64,000 nt of DNA from Lama guanicoe. Its lineage: Eukaryota. A program made the translations under genes and the position numbers. Below the pieces are notes generated by a model. That model was given only the letters and a program-made list of their open reading frames with translations. It was not told the DNA's origin and did not search any database. The stretch covers positions 124,001 through 188,000 of the forward strand of contig MU053995.1 of assembly GCA_013239625.1 (NCBI GenBank). The letters run 5' to 3'. Below, in pieces: positions 1-13,000 of this stretch; the stretch's first letter is position 1; each line of letters starts with the position of its first letter.

Positions 1-616
1 GAAAATATTTGCCAAAGATGAAACATTTACATAATAGATTATTTTGTATCCATTTTGCATGACAATTACAAGAGATTTTTACTGGCATGAAATTTTTGTG
101 GCACAATATTAATCAACCTTCACATATACATATATATTACAAGGCTTATATACTATATAAACATGTATACACTTATAGTTGATCTCAATTATGTTATGGA
201 CATAGATTCATGAAGACCAGTCTGAAAACAAATAAACCAAAGTATCAAGTAATTACAAGATATTTTCTAAAATGCTTTTATTTTTAATATTTTTCTTCAT
301 TTTCTAGGTTTTCCTTACTAAGTATATGTTTTAATTAAGATCAGATAAATGTGAAATATCTATTTTAACACTATTTACATGACCTTAAACTAGCTATAAA
401 ATGTTATCTACATAATTATTCAAAATAATAAAGTTTTCATTATTCATTTCTTTTTATTTTATTAATTCATTAATTTCATTATTTGGTTTTCAATAAATTA
501 CCTTAAGCAAAATTCAAACTTATATAAACTCATTTCTGAATACTTTTTCTTTCCCCTTCAACCTACTACAGTTTGAGTCCCCAAAACTAAAGGCAAAATC
601 TCAAAAATTTTTTGAT

Positions 617-1000
617 GGTTTGTACCTTTTATACCCCTCTCCCAATTTGCCCCTTCCTTGCCATCTCCAACTGGTAACCACTAGTTTGTTTTGTATATCT
701 GTAAGTCTGTTTCTGTTTTGTAACATTCATTTGTTTTATATTTTTAGATTCCACATATAAGTGTCTTTCTCTGACTTACTTCTCTAAGCATAATACCCTC
801 TAGGTCCATCCATGTTGTTGCAAATGGCTATGTACAAAACAGATAAGCAACAAGGACATGTTATACAGCACAAATAATATAGCCAATACTTTATAATAAA
901 TTCAAATGGACTAAATTTAAAGAAACATTGAATCATTGAGTGGCACATCTGAAACTAATATTGTAAATCAACTATTATTAAAAGAAAGAAAGAAAGAAAA
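617..1000. mobile_element. LINE-1 3' end with 5' inversion (minus segment ~617-828, plus segment ~829-1000)
   Basis: Minus-strand ORF2-end/3'UTR motif (tttagattccacatataagt...gttgcaaatggc) directly abuts plus-strand distal 3'UTR ending ctgaaactaatattgtaaatcaactat and an A-rich tail. Confidence 0.65.
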
Positions 1001-1889
1001 GTTTTCATAGAATTAGTACCAAATGCTTTAAATTAAAATGTCTGGATATGTCTATATTATATAAAACAAAACAAAATTAACCCATAAATATTGTATTGAA
1101 ATTATAAAAGTAGAGATTCAGAGAATTTCTATCCATCAAATGATAATACAGAATAATTGTATGACACTGATTATTGGCAGAATACATTACACAAAATGGC
1201 ATAACATTCTTCTTATATACTATAATTAGAGCTTTGCTGTCTCTAGAATAAATAATTTTGATTAAGTTTCTCTGGAATCATTGATCACCCCCCAAATTTA
1301 GGGAGTGATCATTTACACCTACAAGATACCTTGTATCTTGAGCTCTAAGCTGCATTTTTGCAACTAAATTTTGATATAATTCAAGAATAGTTTCCCTAAT
1401 TAGCAATGTGTTTATATTTATGATGACTTCATAAAAGACAAGCCATCTTTTGAGAAAAGTATTCCTTAGTTGGCTAAAACAATATGAAATGTTAATATTA
1501 CTTTGTTGGTTCCAACAGAAGGAAATAGAGAACACAGCAACCCATAAAAAAAGCAAATGAAAATAATTTTTAGCTTGATGTAGCTGAGAAAATTATATTT
1601 TTTCATATTATTTAAAGTGACTGATATCAAGTCTTCTAATATTTCTTTTCTGTCAAGATAAAAGACGTTTTCAAAATAAATATATTTTACATGTTTGTTT
1701 TTTTAATGTTTAATAGTCACATAAGAGACAGTAAGTAACATTCAATGTTCAATAACAGGATTCGCATGAAGAAAGATTATAAAATAATGTTTCTAAAGCC
1801 TTTCCCTGTGCAGAATAGCAGAATATTTTTCCATAAATTATCTCATTGAACCTGTCCACCTGCTGTATATAAATATTTATATATAAATA

Positions 1890-2110
1890 TTTTTTATTGA
1901 AGTATAGTCAGTTTACAATGTTGTGTCAATTTTGTGGTATACAGCACAATACTTCAGTCATTTAGGAATATACATATATTCGTTCATATTCTTTTTCACC
2001 ATAAGTTACAAGATATTGAATATGGTTTCCTGTGCTATACAGTGTAAACTTTTTGTTTACCTCTTTTATATGTATTCATTAGTATCTGCAAATCTTGAAC
2101 TCCCAATCAT
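1890..2110 (-). mobile_element. LINE-1 3'UTR fragment
   Basis: tttttattgaagtatagtcagtttacaatgttgtgtcaatt is the reverse complement of the L1 tail seen at ~46820-46860. Confidence 0.8.
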
Positions 2111-2449
2111 AACCAGTCACTCTTAATTCATATGTTAATTCATAGAAAAAAGCTCTTTCCATGTACATTCTTCCTGTACGTGTGTGCTCTCAGGAAAAAA
2201 CAAAAAAACAACAACAAAAAACAAATATCAGTGTGTCTTAATCATTACAAATAGGAGTACTACAAATGGAAGCCTTCTTTGCTCTGAGTGTCTGATGTAT
2301 GCTGATGGAAATTTGCCTTGCATCAATGACTGTTTTGTGCAGTAATGGGTATTCTCAACAGTTGAAAAAGTGATGAGTGAAATTACAGTATTTTTATTTC
2401 CAAGCCTGTTACAGTGTTAAGAGCTGATCATTCATGAGATTACCTATTT

Positions 2450-2588
2450 ATCACCTGTGTCTCTACTGGCCTGTGATACTGAGGATAAGGACTTTGTCCC
2501 TTTATTTACTATGCATTTCTGGAGCCTGTAATGGTGTCTGATCACAAGAAATGTGTAGTATATATTTGTTGAATGAATAAATAAATGG
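2450..2588 (+). mobile_element. L2 3' end relic
   Basis: Ends in the L2-type tail atatttgttgaatgaataaataaatg. Confidence 0.6.
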
Positions 2589-3243
2589 AAAACTAAACAA
2601 ATAAATTCTTATAGAAGTTTATTTCATAGAATACTTTCATCAACTCACATTTTTTTCCTATATAAAAGAAAAAAAGTTGAGATTTCAAGGATTTAAGGAA
2701 AGTGCTGAGTTACTTGCTTTGTTGCCATTGTATGTTCTTCCTGATATAAATGCTAATAGACATATTATATTGATTAAATTGGGGGATTCTGGAAATTATT
2801 AATATGGCTACTTTGACAAATCTAAAGTAAAAATTTTTACTTAGTTATTGGTCTTTTAATCCATCACAAATAAATGTTGGGGTTTTGAATTTCATTACTT
2901 GCAACAACAACAAAAATAAAACAAATAAAACAAAAACTCTTCTTCCTTGACAAGTACCTCTGTAAAATGATAATATTCCAACATGACATGCAGAACACAT
3001 GCTGTATACAAGGTTAATTCCTTCCACTCACAGTTGACTTACGTTCTAATCTATTCCCTGTTTTTTTTTCTCAACTTTCTGGAAATTCACAGATAATTTT
3101 ACTTATAAATTTTTATATAAATATATATATTCATAGCTGAGTTATGTAGACTCTGTGGATCAAGGCAACTTATTGGCTTCTCCATCCCGAAGTCTGGGTA
3201 AACAGTATCAGATAGTCACAACACTTCTTTTGCATTTCAATGC

Positions 3244-3346
3244 AGCAGCATTCTTGATGTGGTGGCCTTGTTGAAGGAGTTACTGAAGGACATGCTGGAC
3301 CCCCTTCTCACTAGGGAGCTATACACAGCTTTTATCAGTACTCTCC
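3244..3346 (+). pseudogene. ARHGAP6: Decayed, 5'-truncated ARHGAP6 RhoGAP-domain exon
   Basis: Translates [34 protein letters not shown] versus recalled ARHGAP6 [34 protein letters not shown]. The expected phase-1 donor reads ATGCGT (GT>AT) at 3347. No CpG. Confidence 0.88.
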
Positions 3347-3754
3347 ATGCGTAATGCAGCAATTTGCAGGAATGTGTCCCTGGATTGCTGTGATGTCCAA
3401 CTCACTCAACAATACCTACTGAATGTGTTTCCTGATAAATTATTTTTTTTGCCCTTATTTGTTGGTCTCTAATGAGTGGGCTTATTTGGGGATATTTTCT
3501 GAGATTTACTAGGGAGAATTAGCCAGAAGAAGTTGCAGTAAAACAAATGGAAGTAGCCAAGAGAATCTGAGATGCTTTCAAATGACTATAGGGCAGGAGA
3601 GAGTGCTACTGAGTTCATGTTGGGTCTGCACTTAAAAATGAGTTTGCATTTCTGGAACCCAGAGTGAGAAAACAGAGTAGGAAACATTCCAGAGGAAGCA
3701 GGGTGGCATAGCCCAGTCCCAGGGCTTTTAGTGTGGCTGCTTCAGGGCTAGAAA

Positions 3755-4275
3755 TGTTACAGCAAAGTGTGTTACAGCTCAGTGTTACAGCTCAGTTGTG
3801 ACAGCAACCTGGATCTGGGCGAGAGACCAAGCAGCACTCGGAGAGTTGGCGAACTCAGGTTTATTACGCCAGTGGGCCCAGAGGAGTTAACACTACAAGC
3901 TTTGGACCCCGTCTGTAGGTTTACACGGACGTTTATAAGTTGACAGTCTACATTTCGGAAATCATATGCAAATAAGATGTAACAAAGTTGACTAATTAGG
4001 AACAAGCTTTGTAGAAATGAACCAAACAGGAGTGATAGAAATGGACCAACCAAGAGTGAGCTCTATGCAAATGAGGTGCTACAATGAACCAACCAGGAGT
4101 TAGCTCAGGGAACCAACAGAATCTTAGGGTTAAGTTCCACTTTCTTAGAGGCAAGCTGTTTCAGAGGCAAAAAGCAAGATGCTGCTGCAGGCCAGGGAAC
4201 AAGATGGTGCTGGCAGGAGAGTAGTGGTCCTGTATAGGGGTTCTGCTGATGTTTTTCGTGGGTCTTCCCATCTCA
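3755..4275 (-). mobile_element. ERV1-type solo LTR (copy A)
   Basis: TG...CA termini. Minus-strand AATAAA at 3865-3860 and TATAAA at 3937-3932. Homologous end to end with 37603-38054. No clean TSD (gaaa/taag). Confidence 0.8.
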
Positions 4276-4881
4276 TAAGCACAGATCCTCATGAGCACAA
4301 AGGACAGACGGAGGGCAAGAGAGAGGAGGAACAGGTCAGAGCTGTGTCCGCCTCCATGTATTTCTTCCTTCAAGCTGCAATCAAAAGATCACAAAAGAAA
4401 GAGAAGATACTGTCATTGTGCTGTCTTGGTTACTGCCGACAGAAAGTCTACGGCTTGTAGACTGATAAACAGAAAAGGACCTCGAATCTGTTATCAAGTC
4501 AGATTTTGGAAAATTCACCAATTCTCAGTCATTTTTAGCAAATAGTTACCAAGCATGAAAGACTGTAACCTTTAAAGTACATGATTATTTAAACCAGGGA
4601 AGCAAGGAGAAGACAGTAAGGGAAGTTAAGTTAGCTTTCTAACCTGGATTGTCAAGACTGCTCTAGGTGTTACATTTCCCTGGGTGTAATTTATCTTTAT
4701 ATGCTTCAGAACCTTACTGCTACATAGCTAAACCGACAGGAGAATGGGTGAAGGAATGAAACGTGACTTGCCTTGCTAATGCCTTTCTGAAGACAGCTGA
4801 GAGTGGGCCTGGGGCTCTGGGTCTGGATGATGTGAGTTCCCCCTTTTACTTACTCCGAGCACCTCTTTCTGCCTTCCCTAG

Positions 4882-5030
4882 TGCTGGAGCCAGAGGAACA
4901 GCTGAGCACCTTGCAGCTCCTCATCTACCTTCTACCTCCCTGCAACTGCGACACGCTCCACCGCCTGCTGCAGTTCCTCTCCATCGTGGCCAGGCATGCC
5001 GAGGACGACGTCAGCAAAGACGGGCAGGAG
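4882..5030 (+). pseudogene. ARHGAP6: Near-intact ARHGAP6 exon (149 bp, phase 1 to 0), orphaned
   Basis: Acceptor ttccctag and donor GAG|gtgcgc. Encodes [49 protein letters not shown]. Its phase fits the upstream exon. The next exon ([20 protein letters not shown]) was not found. Confidence 0.92.
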
Positions 5031-5104
5031 GTGCGCGCCCCGCCACTGCCAACCGTGCTCTGACTCTTCCTTTTCCCCGTCTTAAAAGGGAGAGCAAAAA
5101 CTGA

Positions 5105-5406
5105 CACACATGAATGTCTGTGCAGAACAGAAACAGGCTCACAGACAGAGAAAACCAGCTAGTGGTTACCAGAGGGGAAAGGGCTGGGGTGGGGGGGTGA
5201 ATTAGAGGCATGGGATTAACAGACGCAAACTACTATACATAAACTAGATACGCAAGAAGGAGACACCACACAGCACAGGGACTTATACCCAGTATCGTGG
5301 AATGACCTCTAATGGAATATAATCTGCAAAAAATACTGAATCACTGTGCTATACACCTGAAATTAACACAACATTGTAAATCAATTGTACTTCAGTTTTT
5401 TTAAAA
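5105..5406 (+). mobile_element. LINE-1 3'UTR fragment
   Basis: cagaaacaggctcacagacagagaaaaccagctagtggttacc...acattgtaaatcaattgtacttca. Confidence 0.8.
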
Positions 5407-6357
5407 AGGGAGAGCTACCAATTTGGTCAGATGTTTCACCTGGAGCAAATGAACCCTCCCTTTTTTCCTGACCTGTCTGTCTCTGCAGGAAGAGAACTAA
5501 AAGCAGGGTTTTCTCCAGAAGAACAGTTCCTAAGGGCACATAGGCCATCGACCTCCTTGTATGTTTCAAAAAGGTTTCCAAATGAGGCTGTCATTTGCCA
5601 CAATGATGCTTTACTCAAGATCCTGAATTTACACTTGTGTGAAGAAGACAGTGAGCTACAGGGATGCTTACAGTCATGAAAAAAAATGGGATAATGGAGG
5701 TGGGAGGAAACTGCTATCCATGTAAATCAATTGATCTTCTTTAACTTGAAACTCAGTGATGTCACCTCTTCATCCTCCCAGTTTATTCCTGGAGTATGGG
5801 TAGAAATCTAGTATCTTCCTTTTGAAGGGTCATTTCTCTTGTTAAGCCCTACCCCCAAAATAGGGACCAGCTCAGTGAAATGCAGAATGGATCCTGCTTC
5901 AAATTCAGGTGCCGAAAGAACTGAAAAGTTTGTTCTAATAACCATTGTCATGCATCTCAATGCCATGTGGTGTCCACTGCTAAAGACAGGTCTGCACAGT
6001 CCTGTGGACCCTTTTGGGATGTTCTTCTTGTACTTGGAACCCCTCATCTGAGTCCTTAGGCTGTGGTTCTCTTTGGTGACACCATATGCTTCAAGGTATT
6101 TTTTCAGTTTTGCCTTTCAGCAGAGGAGATGCTGAGGTCAATTTTAAATGACCTATTAGTAAGCAGCTTATTTAATCTTCACTTTAACAAGAGATCTATT
6201 TCCATTTTTGATACCATAATACTATACTTCTCCTTGACCTTGGATTCTGCAGGAGACCTCAAATCCTTTAATATGCTAACACACATTGTAAATCAACAAG
6301 AAGGCATCTAAGGTAGTCCAAACTTTTTTTTTTTTTTTGACCATTGCATGTAGGTAG

Positions 6358-6399
<42 letters not shown>

Positions 6400-7018
6400 A
6401 CATTTTCTATTGATTTATAATCATTTTACAACGTTGTGTCAAATTCCAGTGTAGAGCACAATTTTTCAGTTACACATTAACGTATATATATTCATTGTCA
6501 GATTTTTTTCTCTGTGAGCTACTATAAGACCTTGTGTATATTTCCCTGTGCTAGACAGTACAGCTTGAAATCCCAGTCTATCCCTTCCCACCCCCCACCC
6601 CCTTGGCAACCACAATTTTGTATTCTATGTCTATGAGTCTATTTCTGTTTTCTATTTATGCTTTGTTTGTTTGGGTCTTTTTAGATTCCTCATACGAGTG
6701 ATCTGATATGGTATTTTTCTTTCTCTTTCTGGCTTACTTCACTTAGAATGACATTCTCCAGGAACATCCATGTTGCTGCAAATGACGTTATGTTCTCGGC
6801 TTTTATGGCTGAATAGTATTTCATTGCATAAATATACCACCTCTTCTTTATCCAGTCACCTGTTGATGGACATTTAGGCTGTTTCCATATCTTGACTATT
6901 GTAAATAGTGCTGCTAATGAACACTGGGGTGCAGGTGTCTTTTTGAAGTAGAGTTCCTTCTGGATATATGCCCAGGAGTGGGATTCCTGGGTCATATGGT
7001 AAGTCTATTCCTAGTCTT
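6358..7018 (-). mobile_element. Young 5'-truncated LINE-1 (ORF2 C-terminus + 3'UTR)
   Basis: ORF 6690-6995 matches the ORF2 C-terminus ([15 protein letters not shown]...[10 protein letters not shown]). (ttta)n tail. Highly similar to 32922-33600. Confidence 0.92.
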
Positions 7019-10000
7019 TAACCCTAGGTTTTCTTTTAAATCCTTGTGAAGCAAAATTCAACTGTCTTTGGATTCAATTTTGTGCTTGTCAATTTCTTTT
7101 TTTCCAAAGGCCTAGTCAGATGTAATTTTTTCACTTTAATCCAGAAAAGCAATTCTGCATTTCTTATCCTCACTCTATCAATATGAGAATGGAACTTTCC
7201 TAATTTAGCCATTTATCTCTACTTGAGTTATAATTAGCACCATAATTAGTATATGTAATTAGTGCTAGCTTCAGGTTTCATAATATGGCATTGACACCTT
7301 ATTTCAGCAGACACAGTTCTTCCATGTACATACTATAATTCCCATAATATTCAGTTATATTACCCATCCAGGTGTCAGCCTTTATTGACCATAGATAAGA
7401 GAAGCTATAAATCAACTGCCTAATCACTGGGTAAAGCCAGAGCTCTGTCTGAGTATGTAAATTGTTTCTTTGATGTTTCTTAAGTACTATGTGAGAAGAA
7501 AATCTGGCTTTAGGTGATTATGAAGGCACTGAGAAAAGCAAAATTTCAATTCCACTCACCTGTGCCTTTTTAGAAATATTTTCAGACAGTTTTTCAGTCC
7601 AAATCTTGAAGATGTTTTAGAGGTAGAAGCTGAGGGATGAAGAAGTAACTAAACCAGTGCCCCCAGAGAGCCTCTCTTATAGTTGTGCAGGTTGTGAATT
7701 TGTATATGTTAAAATTGTGGGGGACACATCATACACTCAGTAGATTTTCAGAGTTATTGAAACTTCTCAACAGACAGTCAACTGTCTTGAGAAAAAGTCT
7801 CTTAATTATGTCATAGAAAATTATTATATTGGTTTGTGGTAAAGTGGGTCCAGTGATTAGTAAAATAGTTTGAGAAAAATATATACATATTTATATTTTT
7901 GTATGTATAAATACACATATGTTTTAAATATATAATATTTAAAATTTTTTCTCAAACTGATTTACTTTTGAGTTTGAGGCACAGCTGGGACTTTACCAAT
8001 TTTTGGACCCACCAAACCATGAGGCTATATGATGAGAAGGAGAAGGAGAGTGTGTAATATCAGTAGCAATGCCCTCCCTCATTGTGACCAGCAAGTATGA
8101 GTACACAAATTTGCAGAAGCAACACTGGAAAACTAAAAATATCCTCTAACTGGGAACACTTGGGAGCTCAGTAATTCATTAGTCATGTGTTCTTAATCAA
8201 ATCTGTTTACCTTCCTAAAACTGGATTTTATTATTTGAATTTTTCGAGTAAAAATGTCCTTGATTGGCAATTGCACTGTGGTAGAGAGGACTTGTTTACT
8301 ATAAGGTATATTAAAAATATCCTCTTAATTGTAAAATTGTACAAAAAGCAAGAGATTCAACTAAAGATTCTTGACCTAACTCTTCAAATAAACTGAAAGA
8401 CAAATAAGCAGAGATGAAAGCAACAGAAGAGTTGCTTTTTTTTTTTCAGTGAAATAGTTATATTCATAGGAAAGCAAGTAGGCTTTACAGTTACCTTGTA
8501 TGAAAGACTATTAGCAGAGAAGTAATGAGAAGTTCAAGGGGTAAAGTACTGAATGAGTCCATAAGATGTAAGAGGATGATTCATGGATTCCTGAATATAA
8601 CCCATGCTGTACATTATTTAAAGATGGAGAGAAGTAAATCAGAAAGTAAGTTAGAAAGTTTTTTAATGATTGTAATATCTAAGACAGCAATTTAGATTGT
8701 GATTGTTTTTGTGTAAGACTGGCCTTAGTAATTGAATCAAAGTTATTCTTAGCATTTAACCTGAGTTCTGCTAGTTCAGATCATTTTCTAGGAATTTCTT
8801 TCTTTCTTTTTAAATTGAGATATAACTGACATAGAACACTGTGTAAATTTAAACTGTACAATGTGTTGATTTGATATAGCTGATTACTGTTTTGAGATGT
8901 TGTGTCACCGAGGATTTGGAGGTGGAAGATGTAAATACACAAGTCATATATACATTTCCTAATCACTTCAAAACTTTAAAGAAATTCGTGATGGAAGCAG
9001 GCAATTCTGAATGTATTCATGGAGATTAAATTTAACTTTTGCATTGAAGGGTGTATAGAGATTGAATAAATCAACTGCATAAGCACAGCTAAAATTAGCT
9101 AAAGCTCTTTCAATAAAAATTGAGAATAGAGGGAAAGGAATAGAACAGAGGTTTTTATTTACTATTTTAGCTAGTTTCATGTCAAGTAGAAAGAACCAAA
9201 TGAGCTCTCTGTAAGAGGCAAAAAATCAAAATTTTAAATATTCTTCAAAAAAAACAATGTTTTTCAGCTTTTTCTCATCTATACTTGTTTGTGTTAACCA
9301 TGTTATCTATTTATCAGGTAAATTTTATATAGATTACAAAAGACAAGTGACCCAATGTTATTGAGAAAGTTGGACACTTGCACAGGATATACCAACAACC
9401 TCATTTGTATAAAATGAGGGGAAAGAAGAAAACAGTGGAGCTTGATGACTCTTAGATTTCTTATATATATACAGTGTGTGTAATATTTCCTTTACAGCAG
9501 ATGCTTAAAATGCAATGCACTATTGACTGATGATATCTTAAAGTTGTCAATAAGATTATAAGAAAAATTATTGACTAGTGAATCAGAGCTTTTCTGGGAA
9601 AAATAGGGATATTTTATCAAGTGGTGGTGTTGTGGCATCATCTTTTATATTCTATTTTGTTTAGTTTATGTTTTTTGACTTGTTTTGTTCTTTAAGAAAA
9701 AAAGAAATTCTCAAATTTAAGAAATACTTTTTTGAAAAAGTTCTTGCAGAGACAGAATTGAAACCTTTTCATCAGTGGTTTTTCAGGAAACTTATAACTG
9801 TAGAAACTGAAGAATAAATAGATACCTTCTGGTGAGACAGCTCATACCTTTCATACAGTTCTTAAAGGGATTTATGAGTTTAAAAAATTGGTTATGAATC
9901 ACTAATATAGTACCATGATTACTGAATTTGGGAAATCACATTTACTAGGAAATGGTAGGTTGGCAAGACCAGTTCAAGGGTAAGACAAATAAGTTCTTTC

Positions 10001-13000
10001 CTTTAAAGGAGTAAACAAACCCTTAGAAATCTAAATAGAGTTTTAATGTAATATTTTAAAAAATCAAATTAATGTAAAGACATCTATGATAAACAAAATG
10101 GTAAAATTTTCAATAAAGATAGGATTCTCACAGGAACTAGTGGGAGGCAATTGAGGGAGTCATATAAATGCAGAGTCAAATGTTATCTTTATTAAAATTT
10201 GGATACCTAGTTTATCATGCCTTTTTAAACTAATTTTTAACATATTTCTATAAAGCATTTTTTCCATTGATGATTGTGACTGCATTTTAGTGTCATTTAA
10301 ATTTTGAGTTCCACATGAGTACATTTTACTCCTTTTTACTATGTATCTCCCAACTAAGATTAAAAAAAAAAAAACAGGAGGTGACAATGTTCATGATTAA
10401 GAGAATGGAGTAAAGTTGGGCCATAGGATTTGCTTTACAACTCCACTAGTCTTCAACTGTGTGGCCTTAGGTATTATTTCCCTCATCTATAAATAAGGAT
10501 AAAAATTAAAACGGCTTCATAAAAATGAAAAGAACAAGAAAAGCTAGTAGGAAGCTCCAAGCCCATTAACAAATATCTAATGCTAAATTTTTGTTAAATG
10601 TTGGCTATTCATCTTAAAATAAGCTATTGGACTTAGAAATTCTTCAGTATGCTTATTTAATGAAAATAATTTTTTCCTTTAAAAATTCATCAATGTACTT
10701 TAATTTAGATAGACAATTAAATAAGTAAATATATTTAAAATATATTATATACAAAATTAAAATATTTTATGTAACAGAAATATATAGCTACATTTGATAC
10801 ATCCATATATAAGTATAAAATATATTTTATACGCTTAATGTATAAAGTTTATATATCATAAAAGTAAATATCATTTACATATATGTGTGTGTGTATGTGT
10901 GTATAGCCTTTTCCTTTCTATGTTACTTTCCATGTTGTTTGTCCCTTAACCCAGTCAACTTCACTGATTGTTTTAAATTGATATTTACTGTATTTGCTAT
11001 TGTGTTATATTCATTACCACTAATTCCTATAATAGATTACATTTATAACAAGGGCTATACATTATAATTTCTCTGTATCTTTGCTATACTTTTTGAAGGC
11101 CCTTCCTCTGGCAAGTACTCAATAATTTTTTGTTGTTGTATGTGTTGAAGTACCAGTACCTATCGTAAAGTACTAGTTTTCTATGTAAAATTATATTAGA
11201 TGTTCCAGCTTCTACTGAAATGTTAAAACAAATGCCAGCTATCTCCTAACCCTTTCCACCACTAAAATTCCTTCTGTGACTTCTTGCTCCAGTGTGCTAG
11301 TTCCCTTTTTTTTGAATCATCTTAACACCTTGTCTATACTGAGTTATTTACTGGATTAGACTTATATCCATGTTTTTCTTATTCCAACTAACTTTTGTAA
11401 ATTTGAGAGTTCTTAGTTTAAAATTCTTACCTACATGTTCTTAATCAAGAAACAAGACAGAGTAAGAATCAATATGAGATTCTGTGAAATAGAAGAAATA
11501 AAAATAAAACCTTACTCATTGGGTGGCTACTAGAATTGAGTAATTAGTAAAGTTATTTTGCAAACTTTATAATTATAGACAAGTGTTAATTAATAGTTAC
11601 CTTAGCTAGGCAACACAAGCTGAATCAACTCTCACTGCTTCAACATAACAGTCATAAAAGTCCTGTTAACAAAGTTTTATCAAATTGTTGGTGGACAGTC
11701 TTACTGGTGGTAACTTAAAGACCCCATCTGGTTTCTTAAAGCTCTGCCCATATGATTTTATGGGCCAAATCTAGAAGGAATATCCATTGCACTGTAGACA
11801 CTTGGTTTGAACTATTATAAATAATTCAACTATGAACATTCATGTACAAGTTTCTGTACTGAGATATGTTTTCATTTTTTCTTGGGGTATAACTAGGAGT
11901 AAAATTTCTAGCTAAAATGAGAACCCTTTAAGGAACTGCCAGGCAGCCTTTAAAAGTGAGTTCACCAGAGACTAGCAAAATTGTGGCATAGTGAGACACT
12001 GAACTTACTTCCCCCAACAAGCACAGCAAATTTATAGCTATTTATAGAGAAACTATCAATGTGATTGATGTTGAAAACTAGTAGAAGAGATTTTCAACTG
12101 AAGATGTAAAGAAGAAGCCACAATGAGACAGGTAGGAAGAGCAGAGATATAGTTTAGTCAAGACTCACATGCTTTGGTTGGTGACCCATAAATGGGAGGA
12201 TAGTCACAACTGTAGTGTTTCTTTCCAAGAATCCAGAGGTACTGGCCTCACATTGGGCATCCAAGGCTGGGGGTCCTGCACCAGAAACATGAATTCTCAG
12301 AACATTGTCTTTGAAGGCTAGCAGGGCTTAAATATGGGAGAGCTATATATAGAAAATAAAGATTCCACTCTTAAAACACATATGCAAAGTTTCATACATT
12401 CCAAGACCCAGTGCAAAAACAGTCGTTTGAAAGGATTTGGGGTCAGATAACGCTTGTCGGTCTTAGAGAATCTCTTAGAGATGCAGGAAGCTACTAGGAC
12501 TCCTCCTAGGAACAGACAATGATGGAAGCAATTTTAGGAAACATGTTTTACAATGATGACACAGGTGCTGGCAAGCAGCATTTAGAAATCCTCCCTCTAG
12601 GCCCTACCCACCACCTTTTCAACATAACTCCTAAGATTCCCCCAGGGTAAACAGCTAGTTTACTGCATCAGCTCTACAAATCAGTGGGCCACGGCAAGCT
12701 CTAGGACTTACAAAGCCCTGACCCCACCCACTAGTGGACTGACATTCTGGACTTTCCCAGTATCTCCAGAAAGCTGCACCAAGACCTGACATAACCCAGT
12801 AGTGAACTTGGATGAAACCCAGTACACTCTAGGGCATGCAGCCAGCCATTGCAGGACATATCCACACAAACCAGTGCATTAGCAGCAAGTCCAGGACTCT
12901 CCAAGGCCCCACAGCCAGCAGTCTCAGGATCTAGTCCTGCCCATCAATAGGCTGGCACCATCCCTGAAATCCTCTAAGCTGTGTAAGCAGCTTTGGCAAT

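Noticed and set aside
3486..3505. tggggatatt resembling the ARHGAP6 VGIFRVG exon
   Set aside because: The match is too short, does not extend, and is in the wrong order relative to the other exons.
4882..5030. Functional ARHGAP6 locus or paralogue ARHGAP36
   Set aside because: The preceding exon is truncated with a dead donor and no later exons are visible. The peptide matches ARHGAP6 rather than ARHGAP36.
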